64,000 nucleotides of DNA. It comes from Octopus vulgaris. Taxonomy: Eukaryota. Below, in pieces: positions 52,286 to 64,000 of the stretch. The notes under the pieces were generated by a model, which was not told where the DNA came from, searched no databases, and saw only the letters and a program-made list of their open reading frames with translations. The position numbers and the translations under genes were made by a program. The stretch lies in the NCBI GenBank assembly GCA_951406725.2, contig OX597815.1, positions 115,878,001 to 115,942,000 of the forward strand, in the 5' to 3' direction. The first letter of the stretch is position 1, and every line of letters starts with the position of its first letter.

Positions 52286-54745
52286 TAAGTGAATGTATGC
52301 TGAGAAAATTTCTTGACTTGAAAAGCATCAGTTGATATGCATGATATGAATATGTTATAAAAATCAAAGATTGGGAGTTGATGGTAGTGGTAAGTCAAGG
52401 AACTAGAATGCAGTGATAAAAACGTTTAGTCTTATGACAAAATTGTATAATCTCAAGGCAAAGAAGAAAAAAAATATTCATAAGAGAAAAGCAATATTTT
52501 TCTATTTGCCTAAAAGTGATGTTTCTTTTAAATTTGTATCTTTAAGCTGGCATGAGAAACATTAGAATGATTAGAAAGAAACTTGACTAATTAAAACATT
52601 GTCTTAGGTGACTAGATGTTTGGAAGAACAAAATCAGCCAGAAACCAAAACTATTGCCACCACCAGCATAACATTCAGAAAAATTTACATTTTTAAATGA
52701 ATACAACTGTTAATACTAAAATGACATCATGATTTTTTTTAGTCATTTAAATTGAAAATAATCATAGAAATTGATAAAGGAAGTGTCATATAATGAACTT
52801 TGAAATTGTCCTTTTCAATTTGAAATTGATATTCAATTATTGACATGAATCATAGAGTATATTCAAGATATGATGTGTTTTGATTTACCAGTGATTTAAG
52901 TTACATGTTGAGAGTGGAAGCCAACATAGAAAGTTCTCACTTATGTTTGAATTAATATTCTTTAAGAAGTTAATGAGTGACTTGAAGTATTTTTTTTCTT
53001 TTTTGTTAGTTATTCTGGGTGGAAATTGTGACTTCCTAATCAATTTGACCACTTAACATTTTGTCAGTGGTGCTTGTTTTGTCAACTAAATCTTCTGGTT
53101 TTTGAAGTAGGCAATTCAAAAGTCATGACTGGGTTTCCTGCTTACTACTAAGTTCACTGACAGTCAGATAGCCTGTCAGATCAAGATAATGGTTTTGTCA
53201 GTGGTAGGATGAAGTAATGCAATTTCAAACAGACTTCACTAGTGTATATATACACACCTCTCAAAGTGATTGAGAGAAAAAGTTAGCTTTTACTTTTAGG
53301 AGACTGATTGTCATAGTAGTGTGCTGTTTACTTCAACCAACATTAATAAAATTTCATATTAAAGAAGTATCAGTTATAAAACCTTCCACAAAAGAACTGT
53401 TGTTTGTGTTTGACATAGGTCAGTTATAGAATACTTACATTTATGGTTTTACCGTTTTTAATGGCTCTTGTATTTGGTGAAGCATAAATGTGGGGGAAAA
53501 ATGTTTACCTTCTACTTCAATAGCAAGTGATGTGTGCGTGTATATTTTCTGTATTTTGATCATGAGAAGGATAAAAGAGTCAGGATTAGGGTTATACATT
53601 AGGAAGATATTAAGATTCAGGTGGATATATAGCAAACATTCAATTGTTGTTGATGTTTTTGTTGTTGTTTTTATTATTATTTCTAACTTTGGTTTTAAAA
53701 CTACAGTGAAGGATTTCAGAACCAAATCCTTCTAGGAGATTCTATTTGCAAATAACTAACCTTTCAATTGTGTAGTTGAAGAATTGCAAGAGAAATTTGA
53801 AACCTGAAAGTGTTGATAATAATTAGGTAGAAACTTTGTACTTGTATGACAGTGTCAGTAATTGTTACTCTTGAGATGCATTGGTGTATAAGTTAGGTTG
53901 TTATGAAGTAGTTATGCAACTTGTCAGTATGAATGGAAGTGATATTTAAGAACAGAATTGTAAATGGTTTGTTAGAGGTTTTAGATAAGTATTTCTTTCT
54001 TAAAGGATCTAATTAATACAGGAGATGGAGGTATTGGTATCATAATGACTGGAATACTAAACCTACAGTTTGAATGCTAAATGTTGACTTCTTGATATGT
54101 TTAATGAGATTATATGACTTGAATTCATGAACTGTTCTTTGGTTAATTTTGTGTTCAAAATCTCATAGTTGAATCATTGAAATAAGTGACATAATTACAA
54201 CCATAAATGCAATCAAGAGAAATGAGATTTTAATCTCTCATAAATACACTGAAATAAAATTATTTATGTTAAAGATCTTTGAACTTATGAAACTAGAGAA
54301 ATCAGTTTTGTATTTAATTTCTCAAAATGTCTGTTCAAATTCTGCAATCTTGTACCAGTATTAGAAATATAAGTTTTGCTCCCAACAATCAAAAAGTTAT
54401 ATAATAGCACAAGATTTAGTTACTGTGTTTGAGATTTCTTGTATAAGGAAATTTTAGGTCAGTGATTGTGTTATAGGTTTGTCAGTGCATTAAGAGTAAT
54501 AATGGGTATCAGAATCTGTGAAAAGTCAAAGCATTTTGAAAATTCATTTAATATTATTATTTAAGTATAAGTAACTATATACACTAGAAATAAATTTTTT
54601 GATTTTTCCTTTACTTATTAACTAAAGCTTTCTCCATTTAGTATTTGTGCATGCATGCAATATTTCAGAATTCAGATTTGGACTTGTATGATGCAGAATT
54701 GCTAATATTTTTTAGTAGCTCCAGTCACTCAGTTTGTTTGATTAG

Positions 54746-54915
54746 ATTTCTCTCTCCCTTCCCTCTCCTCTTTCTCCTCTCCCCTTCCTTTTTCCTCACC
54801 CACGGTCTCCCTCCCCCTCCCACCTCCTGTCTCCCTCCCCTCCCACTTCCCCACTCCTGTCTCCCTCCCCCATCATCTCCCTCCATCACCTATTGTCTCC
54901 CCCTCCCCCTCTCAC
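54746..54915. repeat. C/T-rich polypyrimidine low-complexity tract
   Basis: Directly visible, with TCTCCCTCCCC subrepeats. Confidence 0.85.
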
Positions 54916-56467
54916 ACTTGCAAAGCTCAATGTTTTGATGTGACTTAATTTCATCTTAAGTTTGGTCTACAACTGAACTGACATGTAACAAGAGCACCTT
55001 GGTCCTGTTCTATCCAGTTGGAAGGGTCATTTTGTGACCTCTGTTCATATCTTATACTGATGGAAAAATCACTATTACTATAAATAATTATATCCTTATT
55101 GATTTATATTACTGGACTAGAAAATAACTATCAGCTTCATGCATTTTTTTAAATATTAAAACCAATATCTATTGCAACTGTTCAATAATGATTACTTTTC
55201 ACTCAACATAGTCTGTTTTATAAAATATTGAACTCGCTTCAATATTCTACTTTATCAACTTCTGGAGTAAGAATAGCAAAGTTGGTCCTGAGATTGATAT
55301 TTAGTTTTGTGACCTACTAAAATAAATACTGTGAAGCATGTAGGACTGGTTTTAGTACTCAGGGTACTCAATAGATGGTGGGTTCAGCAGAAAGTAGGAT
55401 AAACATCTTGTGGATTTTAGTTACATTTCCTTGTGTTCTGAATTTACTTTCCTTTTATCTGTTTGGAGTTGATAAAAACAAGTGCTAATAATAATAGACT
55501 GGGAGTTAGCTTGGCTGACTATATGCTTTTGTAAATTTGTGACCTTGTGTCAGTGGAGCAAAGAAAAAAAAATTCTGTAGCAATACAAATATACAGAACT
55601 ATGTTTGTTTTAAAGATTAGTGCTCCTGTTAGATACCATAATGTTTCAGCATTTGAAAAGAGATCTAAAAATGTTTGTTGTTCTTAAAGAAGAACTGAGA
55701 ATGTAAAAATACCAAAAAAAAGAAAAAAATAATAATTTTAGTACCTACTATATATTGCTAACATTTCTAACCCAAGAATAAATAAATTTAGTAATTCAAG
55801 CTTTATATATGTCCTCTTTCTCACTTTATACATCATGTTTGTTTTTATTTTCAGGTAAGATTATTCTCACATTTTCAAATGAATCGGAAACTGCAAGTAA
55901 AACTTTTATGTTTGAATATTTAGTTACTTAGCTATATATAAAAAAAAAAAAAAAAAATCAGTTATCTTTTTCTCTCCTTCCTTTCTAACAAAAAGAATCT
56001 GAAGTGAAATGTAAGACGGAAGTTGAATATGAATGGAAAACAGACTAAATAGTTTTAAAAAGTCACATGTACAGCATACACATACATAAAAAAGGAAATG
56101 TATTTAATGTATTATTTAAAAAAATTTTTTAAAGTGATTTTTCATGAAACAAATGAACTCAAGATAGAATTTAGAATTTTTAATCAGTTGATGATGGTAT
56201 ATTTTTGTTGTAGGTGTAAAATACAATTATTACATAGAAGAGGTTCTTACTAGATTTCAAGAACTTAGAGGGAAAAGGATATACTTTAATTACTGAGGGG
56301 AAAAATGTAATATTTTCATTTATCAAGATTGATACTATCATTTTGATTCAGTGTTAAATTTGGTTCAGTACTAGAAGACCTTTACAAAATGTATAGACAG
56401 CCTCTTTTGCAGATGATATCACAATCTTGTTCTACCACTATTCTCCAAACACTGCTGTACAATTTAT

Positions 56468-57430
56468 GATCATCATCTTTTCATGTCTGCTTTCCATGCT
56501 GGCATGTATTGGATGGTTTGAAAGGATCTGACAAGCAACAGGATTGCATCAAGCTTCAGTGTCCGCCTTGATATGGTTTCTGTGGTTGGATGCCCTTCCT
56601 AATGCCAACCACTTCACAATGTATACTAGATGTTTCTCATGCCACTGGCACTAATGAAGTCACCAAGTAACTTGTAAGACCAGAAAGGAAAAGACCCTTG
56701 ACTGAATGTGAGTGTGGTTGAGAGAGTTAGGTATATGCCAATTGTTGAGAAGCTGGAGTATGACAGGAACAAGCACAGGTATCTTGCTATAGAAGAAATA
56801 AATGGCTAATCTGCATTATATAAGTTGGTGGGGTGGCTGGAAAGATGAAGATGGTGGTGCCTAAGTTCATGAGCAAACTTTCAAGGTGAGTATAAGAGAG
56901 TATACGCACTGTGGAGGGTTAAATGCAAGAGGAGAGTAACTGATGATTAGAGATGGTAATAGAGGTGAATGTAGTGAGTGAGTGAACAAGGATGGAGGTG
57001 TGGTTGGTGATGAATATTAGTATGCAGGTGGGGGAAGGTGAAAGAGACAGAGGTGGTTCAGGAGGGAGGAATTGACACATGGCAATATAGGAAAAGAGGA
57101 GAGCAGCTGTAGATTGATCAGAAGGTAAGATGATATGCAAGGTGGGAAATTGGAGATGGATAAGAGATACAAAGTGACAGAGATGAAGGTCTGAGGTGTA
57201 TAAAGGTGGCTATAGTGAGCTAAGTGACAATCCTGAAATGGGGCATTGATGGCAGATACAAGAGGGTGTTGAGAATGAAGAAGATATGAGAGGTATTAAG
57301 ATTGAGATATGGCAGACCTACATTTTAGGTCTGCCATATCTCTGAGGAGAGAAAGAGGTAACTGAAGGTTCAGAAAGGAGAACAATTAGTGGAAAGTAGT
57401 GTGGGAAGGGATGAAAATGGGGATAGATTT
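56468..57430 (-). mobile_element. Old non-autonomous retroelement with RTE-like tail and purine-rich (plus-strand) body
   Basis: (ATC)n...TTTCCATGCTGGCATG...GTTGGATGCCCTTCCTAATGCCAACCAC followed by a GA-rich body homologous to 19780-20350. Confidence 0.6.
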
Positions 57431-58733
57431 AAATAAGTGGGAGAAGGTAGTAATTAGTAGTGCAAAAAGGGGATGAAATATGTGCTAATCTTGTTCTTAA
57501 AGGGTTGCAATAGCGGATCAGTGTCATATACTCACATAAAACAAAAATACTAAATTTAAATGAAATTTTTGCATAACTTTCACAACATACGCATAGAAAG
57601 AAAACACAGTAAAGAAAAGTAAAACAATGCACAAACATACTTAGTAATCACAGGTACCACAACAGGCTCACAGAAAGAAACAAGTGGTATATAGATAAAA
57701 AAAAGAAAGAAAAACAGGTCCATCATAAACTATGCTACAACAAACTACAAAGAACTTAAATCAGTACCATATGTATCATAACAGGTTGTATGCAGACTAC
57801 ACCTACTGATCAGCTGTGAAATAAAATGTAATAAAAATGAAAGACCATTTGGACGTGTGAGGGGAACAGTTTGTTGTTGGCCAAGCTTCAACTGTCACAG
57901 TCCCTCTCACTATGTGAAAAACCGCTACTAACAGAACACTGCTGCAACAACATGCAAAAACTGCATCTTTACAATCAGCCCAGATGAACATTAGGGTCTT
58001 ATACAGAAATAATTGCAACATCAATAGCCTCATTGTCCACAAGCACTATTGGAATGCACACTATTAGCAATAAGTTTAGAGGAGTAGTAACTGTTACACT
58101 TTCTTGTCTCTGTTGGGACTATCACTAGAAGTTATGAGAGAGCAGAAATAGACTAGAAAGTAGAGTGTGCAATGTGTGTAGACCCACAGTGTCCTGAATA
58201 CAAGTACTGTGTGTGTTGGAGCATGCATTGATAGTCAGCTACATGATATAACTAGGAATATGTATTTGTTGGTTGCACTTCATTGTTTGGTTGACTACTT
58301 AAGTGCCATAAGATTGGCCATTCAAGGCTCACCTGGAGCTACACAACAACTTAAGCTTATTACTCCAGTTGTAATGTTAATTCTTTTCTTCAAATTTTGG
58401 TGCTCCCTTTTTTAGTGTTTTATAATAGCTATCAAACGAGTGATAACTTTGTCTTCCAACCCTTCATGTTTGATGGAATGAATAACGCTTAAATAGTGAG
58501 GATAGTTTATTGACAATGCTTTTCTGCTAAAAGTGATTTTTATTCCTTGTAGAAGTAAATAATAAGTTTAATTAAGTAAAAGTTCATTATTTACATTTGA
58601 TGGATATTTGTCTTCATCTTGTTTGTTGTTAATACGTTTCAGCTTATATACCTGCCAGCCTTTATCAGGTGTCTTGGGGAAATTTCGAACCTGGGTTCTC
58701 ATTTCTAAGGTATTTTTCAATGTTGTTATTATT

Positions 58734-58889
58734 GAGTGGCTGTGTGGTAAGTAGCTTGCTTACCAACCACATGGTTCCGGGTTCAGTCCCACTGCATGTG
58801 GCACCTTGGGCAAGTGTCTTCTATTATAGCCTTGGGCCGACCAAAGCTTTGTGAGTGGATTTGGTAGACAGAAACTGAAAGAAACCCGT

Positions 58890-58943
<54 letters not shown>

Positions 58944-59033
58944 TTTATGAAAGAAACAAAAGACGAAGACTGGTGGTGTACAAAACAAACAGATGTATTT
59001 GTATAACGCTCAGGAATAGAAAAAGTCTTTTAC

Positions 59034-59083
<50 letters not shown>

Positions 59084-59296
59084 GTGTGTATGTTTGTGTG
59101 TGTCCGTCCCCAACATCGCTTGACAACCAATGCTGGTGTGTTTACGTCTCCATAACTTAGCGGTTTGGCAAAAGATACTGATAGAATAAGTACTAGGCTT
59201 AAAAAGAATAAGTCCTGGGGTCGATTTGCTCGACTAAAGGCGGTGCTCCAGCATGGCCACAGTCAAAATGACTGAAACAAGTAAAAGAATAAAGAG
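58734..59296 (+). mobile_element. Young tRNA-derived SINE (CORE-like) nested in the (TAT)n tract of the inverted element
   Basis: GAGTGGCTGTGTGGTAAGTAGCTTGC...GGGTTCAGTCCCACTG...GGCGGTGCTCCAGCATGGCCACAGTC...GAAACAAGTAAAAG. Its internal microsatellite holds a further unrelated ~95-bp insert (58940-59035). Confidence 0.85.
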
Positions 59297-59487
59297 TATT
59301 ATTATTATTACTATTATTGCTCAGGTCACTGCTTGGAATTGAACTCGGAATTTTGGGTTTAAGAGCATGGGCTCCTAACCCCAAGATTCCGAGTTCGATT
59401 CCAAGCAGTTACCTGAACAACAATAATAATAATAATAATATCGAAAAGTACCTTAGGAATGAGAACCCAGGTTTGAAATTTCCTGAA

Positions 59488-59530
59488 GACACTTGATGAA
59501 GGCTGGAGGGTATATCAGCTGAAACGTGTT
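59488..59530 (+). ncRNA. Degenerate minimal hammerhead-ribozyme-like motif
   Basis: GACAC-TTGATGA-A-GGCTG(loop)CAGCT-GAAA-C-GTGTT: core C3 is changed to U, and stems I and II can pair. The mirror copy at 58629-58673 (-) has CTGATAA. Confidence 0.45.
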
Positions 59531-59867
59531 AACAACAAACAAGATGAGGACAAATATCCGTCATATGTAAATAATTCCCCATCTCTTAAATATAGAACTA
59601 TAAGTAAAAGTTATTGAATGAAATATATATTTAGTTAAGATCTTCGTAATGGGTGATAAAAGATTTGTCCAAATGTTTATCATCCAATAACAAATGATGG
59701 CAATCATTTCTAGCTATTAATGGGCTTCTTGGCTTTCACATTTGCAACATTTACCTCTTAATTTATGAGAAAACTATTGTGTTCATATGCAAAACACAGA
59801 TATCAATAACTGATCCATACTTCATGCATATTATCAGTTAGATATTTAAACAAGATCACTCATTAAG

Positions 59868-60257
59868 GCACAGGTATGGATGTGTGGTTAAGAAATTTGT
59901 TTTCCAACTATATTGATTCAGTTGCACTGCATGACATCTTGGTTAAGTAGCTTCTACTATAGCCCCAGATTGACCAAAGCCTTGTGGATAGATTTTGTAG
60001 ATGGAAACCAAAGGAAGTCTGTTGTATGCATATATATGTGTGTATTTGTGTCTCCTTGTCTTGACATTGCAGGATAGCTGTAAAGAGTGTCACTGTCATA
60101 TAAGCAGTGTCATTCATTTTCAGTATTCTGTGAAAACCTGTCTGACCACGAGGCAGTATTACCTTGCTTGGAAAGTGTGAGGGTTGCTAACATGAAGGGC
60201 ATCTAACCATAGCGAGTCTGCCTCAATAAACTTTGTCTGACCCATGATAATAATGAT
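59868..60257 (+). mobile_element. tRNA-headed SINE with RTE-like tail
   Basis: GGCACAGGTATGGATGTGTGGTTAAGAA...CTACTATAGCC...GAAGGGCATCTAACC...CTGCCTCAATAAAC...CCCATG. Confidence 0.7.
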
Positions 60258-63200
60258 TTTGAAACCTATTTGACATCATCAAAAGAAACATATCTTTTTG
60301 TCAAGTGGAAACAAATATTGACTGAGTAAAAAGACAGGGGCTGTGACTGTCACTATAGCCGACTTTTTGTAAGAAAGAGTTAAATGATTATATGTTTGAA
60401 TGCTTTTACTCTAGTTTTCATCAAAAAGTAGAGAATACGAGGAAAATCAATGTTGTGCCTCAGAAACAGAAAATCCTGTAGAGTGAGAGTTATTTTCCCA
60501 ATGAGAAAAGTCTATTATTCAGTTTCAGTTCTTGATTTTAACTGGAGTTTTCCATGTCCTTAAGAAATGTCACAGTTTTCCATTTTCACCTCTGTCATTA
60601 ATGTAATGTCTTGTGCTTTCAAAATAAATCAATAATAAAGTGTATTTCAAGTTATTTATCATTATATTATAGTAAAAAATAATCTCTCCATACAAACTGG
60701 TTGAATGATTTATGGTACTGTTAGATTGAAAATGTTTAAGAAGAATCAGACTGATTTAGTTTATTAATGCCAAAATTTCAAAAGATAGATTTGGATTAGG
60801 ATTCAGTGCATTAATGTTGAAAGGAAATTTAGGTTGTTATGGTTAAATGTTGAAAATTGATTACAATGTAGAAGAGCCAATTTTCTTTAAAACGTTACTT
60901 TGGCTAGCATACATCACAAAAGTAGATTAGCTAAGAAACTGGGAGTTAGTGGAGGAAATAATCAAGGCCAATTTACAGCCTTTTTACAAATCATAAAGTT
61001 TGTATCAACAATTTTGTATTTCTGTTTTCTTATTACTTTTCTTTCCATCTCTTTATACTTCCTTCTTTCTCCTTTTTTTATTCCCTTCGTTGTCTACTGC
61101 TCTCAGCTTTTTTTGCTTTCCCTCTTTCCTCCTCCACCCTCATATAAGTTTTGCTCTTTTTTCCTCCCCTTCTCCTCCCCAGAAACTGATCTTTAGCTCT
61201 TTTGACTTTTTTGTATCATTATGAAACCTGTGGAATTCTAGCAATTACAGTTATTTCAGCAATGTATGAAATTCATAGACTGCTGGGACTGTTGTCAGAC
61301 TTTCTACTTTATAAGTTAAAAATACTTATCATTAGTGGCAAGATGAATAGAAGTAGAAACCATGAAATAACACAAGCTAAAATATACTTATAACTATTTA
61401 TAAACTTATTTATCTGAACCATTTTTCATTCAAATCCTGTTTATTTAATTAATTTGATCACAATATTCTCCATAATACATCAAAACTCCAAACAAAATTG
61501 CTGACTGGAATGATTTTTTTCTTGAAAATATTTTTCTTTCAAATTCAGTTTCTAGTTCAAATACTTTAATCTCTTTTTGTTTGGTCTACAAGTATTAATA
61601 ATATTAGCAAAGAAATTAGGGCGTGAAATGTAGATATTATGATTCAGTCTAGCAAATTATCACTTTTAATCTTTTGACACCCTTGATACAATCTGAAGGG
61701 TGGATGCTAATATTGGCACTTATTTTATGTCTAAACAGAGCAGCCACTAGCATTTTAGTAGATTTCAGTTTGGTAGAAATCCTCAATGTTGAAATTGGAT
61801 ATTCAGTATTGCACTTCATAAATAGACCAACCAACTTTTCTCATAGAGATGAATTCATATATTTAACAAACATTTGTTTATGAATAAACTTTTTGCCATA
61901 TAGCTTTTTTTAGTATGACACTTCCTCACATATTTATTCTTTCCTCACTCTATTTCCTATCACATTGAATCTGAAATTTCATGTATTAATTGTTGTCTTA
62001 CTGTTTGGTTAACTATAATATATCATATTTAGTTTATACCTTCTTTAACCATTTTGGATTTAAATCTGAATATTTGTTTTTATTTAAAAAAAAACATTGT
62101 CCCCTTTTTACACAATATGTTTACTGTCTCAGTCTTTGATTTTGTTTATTAAGGCAGTAAAAAATTTAAGCAAGCTTCTAAATTGTCAGTCATTTGGCCT
62201 AATCTATGTAGCAGTCAAGTTTCTCACAAGAAACTTCCTTATGAATGAATGGGCTTAGATGTTTTAAGCTATGGAATTTAGGACAATATACTCTCAATAA
62301 AGATGGGTTACTCGTGACAAGAATGCTAGCGATGCAATAATATTTTTCTCAAAACTCACATGCCAGAACGTATTTGCATATCCAGGATACAGAATCTATA
62401 GGCTGGCTCTCAATAATTTTATTGATTTTAAAGTATTACTGAAAATAAGTGGTTTTATTTAAAGGTTATATATTTTGTAGTAAAATGATAGAATCCAAGG
62501 AAACTAGTGATGGTCTGCTTCAGCAAATAGTAATGTAAAAAATTCAATGAGTAAAATAAATTTTATGCTGTGAGAAAGAAAATTAACATTCTGGGGAAAA
62601 GTTTTTCATCGGAGAGAGATGTTTTCCCTTTGTTTAGGGCATTTGGGCACTTCCAATTTTCATTCCTCTCTTATTTTAATGCTTTAAAGGAGAGTCAACT
62701 CCAACTCTTCCACTAAACACTATCAAACGTCACTTAGGTATGTATAGAGTAAGAGAGAATATATTTAAAAATGTTTCATTTCCCATGTATCTCAATGATG
62801 ATCTTGCATCACTTTTTGCAACAACATTTAAAAGCATGTACCTACAATGTATTTCTTGGATAAGTAAATTTATCTTCAATAGTCAGAAGCCAAGTTCACC
62901 ACATATTCTTAATTTTACTTAGGAGCTGATATTATCTGTAGTCAACATGTAATAGGTTTGTTTGTGTTAACTACTTTCTTTTATCTTTTGCAAGACTTGC
63001 TCTTACATTCAGTTGCCCCTTATTCCTTTACAATCCTTATCTTTAAAGAAACATTTATCATTATGTAAGGCTTTAAAGTTTTTCTGTTTCTATATTAACA
63101 CCTCTGATGTAGAGATTTACAGATGAATACCATTTGAAAAGCATATCATACTAACAGTCAGTATTATTTTTATAATGCTAAAGTTCAGCTACTTTATCAC

Positions 63201-63939
63201 TTCTCATTAGTATTTAGATGTTTATGCAGATTAGTGCGAGCCAAATTGAATTTTGTTGAAGTTCTGAAGTTTTGAGCATCAACTGAGATTTTCGGGACCA
63301 ATGGGCTGTAGTGTGTTGTTTTAATTTCTTTGTTATTCTTACATTTGAGTATTTCTAGTTAATATATACAAGTTAACTTTTTGTTGGAAATCATTGACCA
63401 GTTCTTGTATAGCTGATCTATGATATAAAAGCCACCAATCCAGTCTTTTCATATTTATAAGAACAGTATGTACAAGTACTAAAAAGGGAAACGAGCAAAT
63501 AATGTACATACCTTTTTTAAACGGGTAGAAATAACATAGATTCTGTATTTAATGTATTTCAGATGAATTAAATAACATTTTTATACTAAAAATAGTCATC
63601 CGTTTTTATTTAGCAAGTTAAATGAATCCTAAAAATATTTTCTTGTAGATATATTAACTCTTGTCAAGAAGGAAAGAAAGCTTTATCGATCTAAAAAGTT
63701 TGATTTTCTGACTGTTGTCCAAAAGTACATAACATGTTAGTTCGAAAATATCTTTTTGTCTTTATTGGATTTAGAAGCAAAATATGTAGTCACTGGTTTC
63801 AGTTACAATGTTTACAACCTTTAAGCAATCATCATGTTTTCTTAAAGTACTGTCATGGCTAGTAAGCATAGATAAATTCTTATATTTAGCTTGTTTTCAT
63901 TAAATCAGGAATGTTGGTGTGATAAAGTTTTCAACAAGA

Positions 63940-64000
63940 TGCAGGAGTGGCTGTATGTTAAGTAGCTTGCTTACCAACCACATGGTCCCAGGTTCAGTTC
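63940..64000 (+). mobile_element. SINE head (CORE-like family), cut by the window end
   Basis: GCAGGAGTGGCTGTATGTTAAGTAGCTTGCTTACCAACCACATGGTCCCAGGTTCAGTTC matches 58734 onward. Confidence 0.8.

Larger units (their letters stand above)
58585..59600. mobile_element. Head-to-head inverted dimer of a tRNA-headed, hammerhead-motif-bearing (Penelope-like) short element, with TSD
   Basis: 58587-58733 is the reverse complement of ~59430-59574. A central inverted pair spans 59322-59415, with B box GAGTTCGATTCC at 59391-59402. TSD TAAGTAAAAGTT at 58573-58584 and 59601-59612. Confidence 0.75.

Noticed and set aside
59356-59408. tRNA gene
   Set aside because: B box and partial arms only. The 5' half is lost at the inversion centre and it runs into repeat body, so it is a SINE head. 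The same applies to other SINE heads.
960-62922. Remaining 60-150 aa ORFs in the track
   Set aside because: Low-complexity F/L/I/Y-rich or microsatellite/SINE-derived translations, many with non-ATG starts and no domain motifs.

Overview
AT-rich, CpG-poor eukaryotic DNA, almost all non-coding. It is dense in microsatellites and decayed transposons. The repeat repertoire (tRNA-headed SINEs, RTE LINE 3' ends with (GAT)n tails, Helitrons, TTAA-flanked MITEs) resembles an octopus/coleoid cephalopod genome; this is recognition from memory, not a database result. No intact protein-coding gene is visible. The recognisable protein remnants are all from transposons: RTE endonuclease, RT and C-terminus, a Helitron PIF1 helicase, a DD37D (maT) transposase, an Hsmar1-like mariner and a hAT dimerisation domain. 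A few plus-strand splice signals suggest the window may lie in long introns of a host gene. The most notable structures are: (1) a TSD-flanked head-to-head dimer of a tRNA-headed element carrying degenerate minimal hammerhead-ribozyme motifs (Penelope-like architecture) at 58.6-59.6 kb, with two smaller insertions of similar asymmetric fold-back shape; (2) a GC/CpG-rich 24-bp minisatellite with a polar variant gradient inside a TG...CA, CCAAT/TATA-containing LTR-like unit at 21.3-22.2 kb; (3) a composite Helitron at 29.7-32.3 kb; (4) candidate recursive (AG|GT) splice sites. Boundaries of degraded repeats are approximate.
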